In this document: piece by piece, positions 27,883 through 36,883 of the stretch
How positions within the stretch are numbered: position 1 is the stretch's first letter
Layout: the number at the start of each line of letters is the position of its first letter
Assembly: GCA_945907765.1 (NCBI GenBank)
Contig: CAMDTO010000006.1
Location: forward strand, 1-47,331
Reading direction: 5' to 3'
Length of the DNA: 47,331 nucleotides
Source: Thermoflexus hugenholtzii JAD2
Lineage (GTDB): Bacteria; Chloroflexota; UBA11872; UBA12225
Made by a program: the position numbers and the translations under genes
Notes under the pieces: generated by a model
What the model was told of the DNA's origin: nothing
The model's database searches: none
Seen by the model: only the letters and a program-made list of their open reading frames with translations

Positions 27883-29100
27883 TTATTCCCCTCTCCCGGT
27901 TGCGGGGGAGGGGCTGTTTCTTTCCAGTGGGAGGCCTCGTGAGGCGTGTTGCACCGCCGTATCGCCTGACGCACCGACTGGTGTGAAACAGTCGCGAAGG
28001 GCAACAAGCGCGCCCAAGCCGAGCAGTGCCCCGATCCACACCGTGCACAGGCGGATGATCAGGGTTGCCGCACCGGCAACGGCGGGCGAGACCGTCCCGG
28101 TCAGGATCCCCGCAATCGTGGCCTCGGCCGCGCCGGCTCCACCCGGCATCAGTGAGACGGCCCCCGCGAGGGTGCCGGCGTTGAGTGCGGCGAGCGCGTA
28201 GCCGAGCAGGTCGAGATCCGCTGGAAGTCCGAACGCATGAAGTGCGTACCAGAGTGCAAGGCTTTCGGCGCCCCACGAGAGCAATCCCAGACCAAACGCC
28301 AACACAAGGCTTCGCACGTCAAAGATCATCGCGGCGCCATCCGCAGTGTCACGGATCCGGGACCCCGCCATCGCCACGACGCGTTGAGCGCGCGGATGGC
28401 TTGAGAGCTGTGTCCAGAGACCGGAGACCACTGTGGGAAGACGTACCCGTGTCCCGCCGAGCAGGGCGAGCAGGGAACATCCCGCCACCGTTCCGGCAAG
28501 CGTGATCGCCACCGGCCACGCGGTGTGCCAGATGATCGACAATCCGGTCCCGGTGAGCACGAAGACCGCAAACCCATCGGTTGCACGTTCGGCGAGGCTT
28601 ATCGGTGCCGCCCGCCACGCGTCCACCCCAGTCCTGCGACTCAGCAAGTAGGCCTTCAGGAATTCTCCGGTCTTCCCTGGGGTGACGGTCAGGGCGAAAC
28701 CGGCGATGAAGATCAGCGCACTTTCGGACAGCGTGGGGTACGCGCCAATCCGGTGGCAGTAGTAGTGCCACTTGCCGAACCGGATCGTCGCATTGACCGC
28801 GGTCAACCCGATCGCGATCGGGATGGCGTCCCACGCGAACGAGTCGAACGCTCCCGCCAACTTGTGCCAGTCACTCCACAAGCCGACGGCCACCGCCACG
28901 GCGATCGCAATCACCCCGCTCCACGCAATCTGTCGTGCGATGGACGCAAGCGATGACGGTGCGAATGAAACGCCAGACCCTCGCGCCGTCTGGTTTTCCA
29001 GGCCGTGCGAGGGTTGGTCCCGGGTTCCACCGGAAGGCGGAGAATCTGGGGGAAGGGGCGTGCCTACAGCGCCCCGTCCTTCGCTTCGATCTGGAGCCAC
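27883..29100 (-). CDS. Lysylphosphatidylglycerol-synthase TM / flippase-like (UPF0104) membrane protein
   Basis: R..KW, TPGKTGEFLK, ER.TD, PGGAGAAEA and IR...W motifs. Start uncertain. Confidence 0.85.
   Translation of the reverse strand: MAPDRSEGRGAVGTPLPPDSPPSGGTRDQPSHGLENQTARGSGVSFAPSSLASIARQIAWSGVIAIAVAVAVGLWSDWHKLAGAFDSFAWDAIPIAIGLTAVNATIRFGKWHYYCHRIGAYPTLSESALIFIAGFALTVTPGKTGEFLKAYLLSRRTGVDAWRAAPISLAERATDGFAVFVLTGTGLSIIWHTAWPVAITLAGTVAGCSLLALLGGTRVRLPTVVSGLWTQLSSHPRAQRVVAMAGSRIRDTADGAAMIFDVRSLVLAFGLGLLSWGAESLALWYALHAFGLPADLDLLGYALAALNAGTLAGAVSLMPGGAGAAEATIAGILTGTVSPAVAGAATLIIRLCTVWIGALLGLGALVALRDCFTPVGASGDTAVQHASRGLPLERNSPSPATGRGE
27888..27913. repeat. REP-like palindrome within the last codons of the UPF0104 gene, probably also a terminator between convergent genes
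   Basis: CCCCTCTCCC-GGTTGC-GGGGGAGGGG, a 10-bp stem including one G-T pair. Confidence 0.55.
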
Positions 29101-30623
29101 GACACGGTCACGAAGATGACGGTATACAGCGCGGTCAATTCTCCGACCGGCGCATCACCGAGGCGGTCTTGCGTCACGGACATCACCGTGCCAGTCAGCA
29201 GCGACACCACAACGAGCAAGGCACTCAGTCCACCACGTTCGCCGTGCATGAGCCATCGGCGGATTGCCACGGTCACTGCCGAAAGGAGACCGATGTACAC
29301 CCAGAACAGGTGTCGATCATTCGTCCATTCGAAGATTTCCATGATGGCTACGGTAGCGAACACCGCAAGGAAGCCGAATAGCATGTCTCGGTGGAACGTG
29401 TTTCCTTCGATGACCTCGCCCAGGGAGTTTTCCGTTCTCGTGTCACTGACCACCCGGAACAGCTTGATTGCCCTCAGGATCCTCAGGCCTTGGACGAATA
29501 CGACCCACTCGGGAAGTTCCCCTTCGCCAAGCAGTCCGACGAAGTCCGCGAGAACCACGAAGAAGGGCAGGATGGCTACCAGGTCGATGATGCCCCAGAT
29601 GCCGAGCAGGTAGTCACGTGATCGCTTCTGGAAAGATGCATTCAACACGTAGTCGATTGCAAAGAGGAGTGCAATCACTCCTTCGAGTGCGACGAAAATG
29701 GTGTGGGGGATGCCCTCAGCTTCCTCAGGAAACGTGAACCATGGCTCTCGCACGATTGCGGTTGCAGCAGCAGCTTCAGCGTCGGTCGGGGTCGGCGATG
29801 GTTCGGGCGTCGGTTGCGGTGTGACCGTCGGCAGTTCCGACACTGTCGTTGGTAGTGTCCGGTTGCGGGAAATTTCTTCCTGAACCACCTGCCGGATCGA
29901 GGTCAACGTGTCTGGTGTCGCGGTCGGTTCGACCGTCGCAGTCGGCTCAGGCAGGTCGGCCGGCACGAACGTCTTGAACTCAGGTGCGCCCTCGAGTACG
30001 AGCAGGAACAGGGAAATGGCTACAAGCCACGAAACCACATACGCATGGTGCGCCGAGTCTGATGTGCCATCGTGATGGTATGCGTGTGTGATGTACTCAC
30101 GGACGCGCGTTGTCCACGGAACATGCGGAACAACTGGCGCCTGGATTGGCACGGCCGCTGCCGGGGCACCTGCTGGATCGTCAACCTCGGCTTCCGCCTC
30201 GGCAGCGGGGCCAGTCTCCGCCTTGGGTTCAACCTTTGCGTCCTCGGTCGCGCTCCCGGTGTTCTGCTCGGGTGGTGCCCCGACTGCGGGACTGGCCGGC
30301 GTTGCCGTGTCGTTGGAAGGCGTCGTGGACTGGGACGACGGATCGCTTGAACTTCCCGATGCTGGGCCCGGTTGCGTTGATGCCATCGCTGGTGTGCCCT
30401 CCTGTGACCCCTGAACAGCCGGACTGGTCACGGTTGTGTCCGTCGAGACGCTGGCCCCCGCAACCGACGGCCGGCCTTCGTCGCCTGTCGCTTGGGGAAC
30501 CACCTCGTGTTCTTGGCCGTCTGGTGCCCCCTTTTGGGGATCAGACGGCTGACCACTCGCGCTTGGATCTGGTTTCTGATCAGGTGCAGACGCGTCCAGG
30601 CGCTGCCAGCGGGGAGGTTCCAC
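29064..30623 (-). CDS. Pore-less voltage-sensor-domain (Ion_trans S1-S4) membrane protein with four additional predicted TM helices
   Basis: S2 E...F.IDY, S3 IIDLVAILPFF and S4 LRILRAIKLFR; no GYG filter. Long disordered N-terminus. Start probably GTG 30623 (the ORF extends to 30704). Confidence 0.8.
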   Translation of the reverse strand: MEPPRWQRLDASAPDQKPDPSASGQPSDPQKGAPDGQEHEVVPQATGDEGRPSVAGASVSTDTTVTSPAVQGSQEGTPAMASTQPGPASGSSSDPSSQSTTPSNDTATPASPAVGAPPEQNTGSATEDAKVEPKAETGPAAEAEAEVDDPAGAPAAAVPIQAPVVPHVPWTTRVREYITHAYHHDGTSDSAHHAYVVSWLVAISLFLLVLEGAPEFKTFVPADLPEPTATVEPTATPDTLTSIRQVVQEEISRNRTLPTTVSELPTVTPQPTPEPSPTPTDAEAAAATAIVREPWFTFPEEAEGIPHTIFVALEGVIALLFAIDYVLNASFQKRSRDYLLGIWGIIDLVAILPFFVVLADFVGLLGEGELPEWVVFVQGLRILRAIKLFRVVSDTRTENSLGEVIEGNTFHRDMLFGFLAVFATVAIMEIFEWTNDRHLFWVYIGLLSAVTVAIRRWLMHGERGGLSALLVVVSLLTGTVMSVTQDRLGDAPVGELTALYTVIFVTVSWLQIEAKDGAL

Positions 30624-30642
30624 GTTCGTCTCGCCTTCCCGT

Positions 30643-31548
30643 CTAGGTCTTCGCTGCGATCTTGCGCCCGGTGGGGATGACGATTGCCGAATCACGGATG
30701 CCAATCACGTAGTCATCAGGCGGATTGATCCGCACCTGACGCTGGCCGCGGGCTTCCGCAAGAACGTCTTGCCCCGACTCCGCCAGCATTCGTTCGATGA
30801 AGCCCTGGACCCACCCGGTACCGGCTCCCATGACGTCATTCACCGACAGGCTTTCAGGGTCGCTGATGATCCCGATCACCAATTCGGCCCGCTCACTGCG
30901 GAACCATGCCCGGCACTCGGCCAAGTTCTTGTTCCAGAGTTCTTGGGGAACCACCTGCTTGCGGATCGCTTGCGCGCTACCGGCACCGAAGAGCTGTCGT
31001 GCCCCGGATCCGAGGCCAGGCGCGCGCGAAACGGCAACAAGGTAGAACGGCTGCCGGGTGTCGCGCACTTCGATTTCGCTCGCACCGGCATTCTTGATGT
31101 ACCCGGTCCGGCCAGGACTGACGACCTCGGCGACAATCGTTGCGTCCTTGTTCAACTCACGGACCGAGATCACGTACCGGAATGTCCGGTCGTCGGCGCC
31201 GGACAGGGCCCCTGCAATTTCGTCGGCGACGATGATGAGGGCCTTCGCCCCGGACGCGCCCGCTGACTGCAGGACTTCCTTCTCCGCCGGGCTTCCCTGT
31301 ATGTGGAGGAACGTTGGAGCCGAAAAGACGTTGCCGAGCGCGTCCTTGACGGAAATTGCGTCCTTGAGATCATCGAGTTGCTTCCCGATGTCTTCCGTAT
31401 CACCGACGTTCACGAAGATGATCGGCGCAGAAATCCCTGCGGTCGCGATCAAGGCCCGCGCAATCGCAGGAACACCCCGGTGCCAGCCGAGGACGAGGAA
31501 ATGTTCAGTCCAGGCCCGTGGTTCGCGTTGAACGTATCGCTGATCCAT
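30643..31548 (-). CDS. Soluble RCK (TrkA-N/C-like) gating-ring protein
   Basis: HFLVLGW, QGSPAEKEVLQSAGA..A..LIIVAD, IVAEV..., AGA and INPPDDYVI; no TM segments. Confidence 0.82.
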   Translation of the reverse strand: MDQRYVQREPRAWTEHFLVLGWHRGVPAIARALIATAGISAPIIFVNVGDTEDIGKQLDDLKDAISVKDALGNVFSAPTFLHIQGSPAEKEVLQSAGASGAKALIIVADEIAGALSGADDRTFRYVISVRELNKDATIVAEVVSPGRTGYIKNAGASEIEVRDTRQPFYLVAVSRAPGLGSGARQLFGAGSAQAIRKQVVPQELWNKNLAECRAWFRSERAELVIGIISDPESLSVNDVMGAGTGWVQGFIERMLAESGQDVLAEARGQRQVRINPPDDYVIGIRDSAIVIPTGRKIAAKT

Positions 31549-31745
31549 ACACCCGACCCTTCAACCGTCGCCGCCTAGTGCCGTGTGACACGTACCGACC
31601 GGCATTGTAATAGAAAGACCTCGGCTGCGGCCCATAGACCACTTGCGTGAATGCCCTGAAGAGATCCTTAAGACATCGTTCGCGTCGGCAGGCTATCATA
31701 GCGGCACGTTGCGTCAGGTGTCGTACCTGACCGTGGAGGGGTTTC

Positions 31746-33122
31746 ATGCGTGTCGCTCAGTCACCTCCCCTGACCCAGGGGCCCTCGTGGGTTCGTGGCT
31801 TCCTTGGCCTGTTTGGTCTCGGAAAGTCCGTAGCCGACGCACCTGCCGAACAGAAGAAGCCGGCCTCCCCACCCGTGCCAGGGGTTGTCGCACGGACGGC
31901 CAAGCAGGCAAGCGACACGCTGACCGGGGTTGGCGAAAGTGTTTCCGCGGTCTGGAACCTGGCCAACGACAACCGCCTGGCCCGCTACGTCATGATGATC
32001 GTGCTCTTCACGGTCGGTCTCGGCGTGGTTGTCTATTACATAGAACACTGGGCCGCACCGACGGGAATCAGCCTTGAGGGGGAATCAATCCAGATCACGA
32101 ACCTCGAACGCGGTCTCTGGTGGTCCATCGTCACGATGACGACCGTCGGCTACGGTGACTTGGTTCCCAAGACCACTCCGGGTCGGATCATCGGGTTCCT
32201 CACCATGCTTTCAGGAATGGGTCTCACCTCTCTTGTTACCGCAGCCTTTTCCAGCCTGTTGGTCGCCCAGGCGCTCGCAGCCGGAAGTGGCCTCGAGGCC
32301 ATCACGTCCGTTGGTCACACGCTCATCACCGGGTGGAATGACCGCGTCGAGGCGGTCATCCAGGGGTTGATCGCGTCGACCCCGGGTGGCAAGCCGGACA
32401 TTGTCCTGGTCAACCTGCTGGATCAGGAAAAATTGGCCGAACTCAAGTACAAGTATCGGCGGATCAACCTCCGGTTTGTCCGTGGTGACAGCACCAGCGA
32501 TCAGGTGCTCGAGCGCGCCGGAGTCGCCAAGGCTACCGGCTGCATTGTCATGGCGGACACCCTTGTTGCCCCAGGAGGCGAGGACCTGCGTTCCACTGTG
32601 ATCGTGCTGACGGCGAGCAAGATGAACTCGGACCTCAAGATCACCGCCGAACTCATGATGTCTGAGAACGAGGCTGACATCCGGCGCGTCGGTGTCAACG
32701 ACATCGTCCTTGCCGGTCAGGATGCCGGGTTCTTCATGTCTGCCGGTGCCCTTGCTCCCGGGCTTGGCAATGCCGCCCGCGAGATGCTCCGCGCGTCCGG
32801 GGAGGCCGAACTCCGTCGCATCGACTTTCCGCGCAACCTCCGGGGTTTGACCTACCTAGAGGTGTTTCAAGCCTACCGCCAGCAGAACATCCTGTTTGTC
32901 GGGCTCATTTCCGAGCGGATCAACGTGTCACTCGATGACCTCATGGGTCCTGGTACCGGATGGGTCTCCGGCCTCATCCGCCGGCTAATGGCGGAGGCGA
33001 GCTCCGAGATCCTTGGTCAGGATCAGGAAAAGATCCAGGTTCTCTGGGACCCGGGAGACGAGTACATCATCGGGACCACTGACGCCGCGCTTGTCATCAC
33101 GCAGCCACTCACGGTCACCTAG
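31746..33122 (+). CDS. 2-TM potassium channel with RCK domain (KcsA/MthK-like)
   Basis: TM - LWWSIVTMTTVGYGD.VPKT..GR - TM, then HTLITGW...RGDST...LERAGV RCK domain. Confidence 0.93.
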   Translation: MRVAQSPPLTQGPSWVRGFLGLFGLGKSVADAPAEQKKPASPPVPGVVARTAKQASDTLTGVGESVSAVWNLANDNRLARYVMMIVLFTVGLGVVVYYIEHWAAPTGISLEGESIQITNLERGLWWSIVTMTTVGYGDLVPKTTPGRIIGFLTMLSGMGLTSLVTAAFSSLLVAQALAAGSGLEAITSVGHTLITGWNDRVEAVIQGLIASTPGGKPDIVLVNLLDQEKLAELKYKYRRINLRFVRGDSTSDQVLERAGVAKATGCIVMADTLVAPGGEDLRSTVIVLTASKMNSDLKITAELMMSENEADIRRVGVNDIVLAGQDAGFFMSAGALAPGLGNAAREMLRASGEAELRRIDFPRNLRGLTYLEVFQAYRQQNILFVGLISERINVSLDDLMGPGTGWVSGLIRRLMAEASSEILGQDQEKIQVLWDPGDEYIIGTTDAALVITQPLTVT

Positions 33123-33202
33123 CATCGGATATCTTGGACAACACCTGTGTGGGGAGGAACTGACTCCCCACCGTACGGCTCCTCAAGGATCGGGAGGCAG
33201 AC

Positions 33203-33838
33203 ATGACCGCAACTCTTCCAGCAATCGTCACCCACAGGAACGGCCTGCGCATGGGCCCGCACAACTACGAAGAGTTCGACTACGCGAAGCTCGAGGAGTT
33301 CGGCCAGGACCCGGGCGAGCAGATGATGGACTGGGTCAGCCGGGGCAAGAAGGCGAACATGCTTGCCGAATTGACCGATGCCGAGATCGCGATGATCTTC
33401 ATCGGTGGTGAATTCTTCCACTACGAGCCCGGCGACGTCATCATCCCCTGGATGGACACCAAGGACAGCATGTTTGTCCTTCTGGCGGAGGGGCGCGTGA
33501 GGATCATCACGCCGATCATCCTGCCTCCACCGGTTGGAGACTGGCTCTCAGGTGAGAAGAGCCTTCTCGAATTGCCTGCCCCGCAGGTGGTTGGCCACTT
33601 CAACCTTCTTTCGAGTACCGTGCGCTCGGCGACCGTGGAAGCGATCATCCCGATGGACGCCATCGAAGTGCAGAAGAACTACCTTGACAAGTTGACCAAG
33701 ACCAACCAGCACGTCGGCGCGACGCTCTTCAAGAACATCGGACGCGCCCTTCAGGGCCAGTTGCGCTTCACCAACAACGACGTCCAGAACCTCACCGTCG
33801 CCGTCGCCCTTGCCTCGCGAGCCCTACGCAAGGGCTAG
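33203..33838 (+). CDS. Stand-alone cyclic-nucleotide-binding-domain protein
   Basis: L.ELTDAEI...YEPGDVII...SMFVL.EGRVRI...G.F.LL...RSATVEA; no HTH evident; GGAGG RBS. Confidence 0.8.
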   Translation: MTATLPAIVTHRNGLRMGPHNYEEFDYAKLEEFGQDPGEQMMDWVSRGKKANMLAELTDAEIAMIFIGGEFFHYEPGDVIIPWMDTKDSMFVLLAEGRVRIITPIILPPPVGDWLSGEKSLLELPAPQVVGHFNLLSSTVRSATVEAIIPMDAIEVQKNYLDKLTKTNQHVGATLFKNIGRALQGQLRFTNNDVQNLTVAVALASRALRKG

Positions 33839-33871
33839 GCCGAACGCATTGCCGCGTTGGCATGGACAAGT

Positions 33872-33897
33872 GAACGCCACCCGAAGGGGTGGCGTTC
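33872..33897. terminator. Probable bidirectional terminator hairpin between convergent genes
   Basis: GAACGCCACCC-GAAG-GGGTGGCGTTC, a perfect 11-bp stem. Confidence 0.7.
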
Positions 33898-33916
33898 TCG
33901 GTTTCCGGACGGTCCT

Positions 33917-35785
33917 CTAGACCCCAACCGGCCGGCCTGCTGGCAGGCGGAGGAAGTCGAAGTCGCATCCCTCAGGTGCCTGCGTCACGTGCAGTTGGTA
34001 GAGACGACGATACCCCCGTTCAAACGTCAGGGGTGCGGGTTTCCACTCGGCGCGGCGACGAGCGAGTTCGCCGTCCGGGACGTCCAGGTTCAGTCGACGG
34101 CCATCCACGTCAAGGTCGATCCAGTCGCCGTCCCGGACAAGGGCCAGGGGACCGCCAATCGCGCTTTCCGGGGCGATGTGCAGAACGACGGTGCCGTACG
34201 AGGTGCCGCTCATCCTTGCGTCGGAGATCCGCACCATGTCGCGAACCCCTTCCTGCAGGAGTTTCGCTGGAATCGGCATGAACCCCACCTCCGGCATTCC
34301 TGGCGCGCCGACCGGTCCGGCGTTCTGCAGCACCAGGATGCTGTCTGCGGTCACCGGGAGGTCCGGGTCGTCGATCCGTGCACGGAGGTCGTCGATTGAC
34401 CGGAACACGACCGCTTGCCCCCGGTGCTTCTGGAATCTGGGAGACGCGGCGATGTGCTTGATCACCGCGCCGTCCGGACACAGGTTCCCGCGCAGGATTG
34501 CGAGACCACCTTCCGGAGAACGCGGTTCCTCTCGGGAGGCAATCACGTCACGGCGCCGTGCGACACGGAAGCGTTCAAGGTTCTCGCCGACCGTCGACCC
34601 GGTAACGGTCATAGCCTCGTGGCGGAGGAGGGGCGCGAGTTCCTTCATGACCGCTGGCACCCCGCCGGCGTCGAACAGTTCCTCCATCTGGAACTCACCC
34701 GACGGCTTGAGGTTCACCAGCCATGGGGTCTGGCGGGAGAGTTCGTCAAACCGGTCGAGTGGCACCGGAATTCCAAGGCGTCCGGCAATCGCCACGAGAT
34801 GGACGACCGCGTTGGTCGATCCACCAAGGGCCATCAGCACGCGGATGGCGTTCTCGAATGCCGCCTCGGTCATGATGTGTGATGGGCGCAGTCCCGTGCG
34901 TGCGAGGCGCACCGCCTGACGGCCACTCATCTCGGCGAATTGCAACCGGCGGCTGTCCGGTGCCGGTATGGCGGCGTTGCCGGGCAACGCCATGCCAAGC
35001 GCTTCGGCCATGCTTGCCATTGTTGACGCGGTGCCCATCACCATGCATGAGCCCGCCGAACGGCAAATCGCATCTTCAATGGCGGTGTATTCGTCGGCGT
35101 CGATCGTTCCCGCCCGGAGTTCCGCGGTGTACTTCCCGCAGTCCGTGCAGGCCCCCAGGTCCTTGCCGTCGTGACGACCATTGAGCATCGGGCCACCGGA
35201 AATCATGATTGCGGGGACATCCGCCGACGCCGCACCCATCAGCGCCGCCGGCGTCGTCTTGTCGCATCCGGCGAGGAGCACGACCGCGTCCATCGGTTGG
35301 GCGCGGATCATCTCCTCGGTATCCATTGCCATCAAGTTGCGGAATAGCATTGATGTGGGTTGCGTGTGCACCTCGCCGAGCGAAATGGTCGGAAACTCCA
35401 GCGGGAACCCGCCTTCCTGCCACACGCCCCGCTTGACCGCTTCGGCAAGTTGGCGGAAGTGGTTGTTGCAGTTGTTGAACTCCGACCACGTCTGTGCAAT
35501 GCCGATGACAGGTTTGGTCAGGTCCTCCTGGGTAAACCCCATCGCCTTGGTGAAGGCACGCCCGGTGAACCCGGATGGGGTGCCTCGTTCGCCAAAGAAC
35601 CGTGCACTGCGCCCCAGGGCCGGCGCGCCATCCGCCATTGTGTCCGGCGCCGTCCCGGAGTCGGACGCCGTGCGCTTGGGCAATCCCTCCGCGCCAAGTG
35701 GTGCGTCTCCGCGGGCAGGATTGCGAGGGTCGTCATTGCCTTGGGCGTTGCGGTCTGCTGGTGGTGGGCCGTACATGATGCTCAC
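33917..35785 (-). CDS. IlvD/Edd family dehydratase (probably a sugar-acid dehydratase)
   Basis: KPVIGIA.TWSE.N.CN, GCDKTTP, G.C.VMGTASTM, GGSTN, SDARMSGT and HIAPES. Start uncertain (N-terminal extension). Confidence 0.93.
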   Translation of the reverse strand: MSIMYGPPPADRNAQGNDDPRNPARGDAPLGAEGLPKRTASDSGTAPDTMADGAPALGRSARFFGERGTPSGFTGRAFTKAMGFTQEDLTKPVIGIAQTWSEFNNCNNHFRQLAEAVKRGVWQEGGFPLEFPTISLGEVHTQPTSMLFRNLMAMDTEEMIRAQPMDAVVLLAGCDKTTPAALMGAASADVPAIMISGGPMLNGRHDGKDLGACTDCGKYTAELRAGTIDADEYTAIEDAICRSAGSCMVMGTASTMASMAEALGMALPGNAAIPAPDSRRLQFAEMSGRQAVRLARTGLRPSHIMTEAAFENAIRVLMALGGSTNAVVHLVAIAGRLGIPVPLDRFDELSRQTPWLVNLKPSGEFQMEELFDAGGVPAVMKELAPLLRHEAMTVTGSTVGENLERFRVARRRDVIASREEPRSPEGGLAILRGNLCPDGAVIKHIAASPRFQKHRGQAVVFRSIDDLRARIDDPDLPVTADSILVLQNAGPVGAPGMPEVGFMPIPAKLLQEGVRDMVRISDARMSGTSYGTVVLHIAPESAIGGPLALVRDGDWIDLDVDGRRLNLDVPDGELARRRAEWKPAPLTFERGYRRLYQLHVTQAPEGCDFDFLRLPAGRPVGV

Positions 35786-35839
35786 GGTGCGGTTCCTGTC
35801 CTGGCGTGATCTGGGGGATGGTCGGTCGCGGGCTTCTTG

Positions 35840-36679
35840 TCAGGCGTCGGGCGTCAGGTGCACTGCGCCGGACTTCCACCGGCGACGGAACGACGGACGC
35901 ATCACGGCCTCAGGCGATTGGATGGTCAATCCGCCGTCGATCATCATCGTGGTGCCGGTCACCCATTTCGCCTCGTCCGACGCGAGAAAGAGGGCACCGT
36001 TGGCAATGTCCTCGGGGGTCCCGATGACGCCGAGCGGGTAGCAGTCCACGTTCCCCGCCCATTCCGCTTGATCCGCCTGGACGCGCGGGCGGCTGGTGTC
36101 GTTCAGGACCAGGCCAGGACAGATCGCGTTTGCGCGGATACCGTGTGGCCCGTAATCGAGGGCGAGGTTCCGGGTCAATCCAAGGATGCCCGCCTTCCCT
36201 GCCGAATACCCTCCGAAGTGCGGGTTGGTCACCACGCCGTTTGCCGAGGAGATGCTGGTGATTGACGGACCTGCGTCCCTCCCCGCTTCCATGAGATGTG
36301 GCAGCGCATACCGTGCGGTCAGGTACACCGAGGTCAGGCACCCATCGATCGTGCGACGCCACTCTTCCTCGGATATCTCGTGGAGGTACTTCACCGTTGC
36401 CATCGCTGCGCAATTCACGACCGTTGTCAGACGCCCGTAGGTCGTGATCGCCATCCTGACGAGTGACTGGACGTCCTCACTCACGCTTGCATCGACGCGC
36501 AGCGCCACCGCACGGCCACCCGAAGCGGTGATCTCGGCAGCGACGGCCTGTGCCCCGGCTTCATTGACGTCGCTCACCACGACGGCGCACCCTTCGTGGG
36601 CGAACCGGCGTGCGATTGCGTGGCCAATCCCTGCGCCACCGCCGCCGGTGACGATCGCGACCTTGCCTTCCAGACGCAT
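35840..36679 (-). CDS. SDR family oxidoreductase
   Basis: TGGGGAGIG, NCAA, YSAGK, NAICPG and DGG. Confidence 0.92.
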   Translation of the reverse strand: MRLEGKVAIVTGGGGAGIGHAIARRFAHEGCAVVVSDVNEAGAQAVAAEITASGGRAVALRVDASVSEDVQSLVRMAITTYGRLTTVVNCAAMATVKYLHEISEEEWRRTIDGCLTSVYLTARYALPHLMEAGRDAGPSITSISSANGVVTNPHFGGYSAGKAGILGLTRNLALDYGPHGIRANAICPGLVLNDTSRPRVQADQAEWAGNVDCYPLGVIGTPEDIANGALFLASDEAKWVTGTTMMIDGGLTIQSPEAVMRPSFRRRWKSGAVHLTPDA

Positions 36680-36883
36680 GCGTTTCCTCCCGTATATCTC
36701 CCCACCCTCCCCGATCCCGTATCCCAGAGCGCCCCTGGGTCTTCGGGAGGGGTAGTGGGCGTCGTGTTGCGGTCAGGCTACCGCACCGGTCGCACAGTGC
36801 GCGTCCCATTTGGGCGATGGGTTGTGGGACTACAATCTGGCCAATTCGTGGTCCATCGATCGCACGTGGGTAGGGGAACGCAA

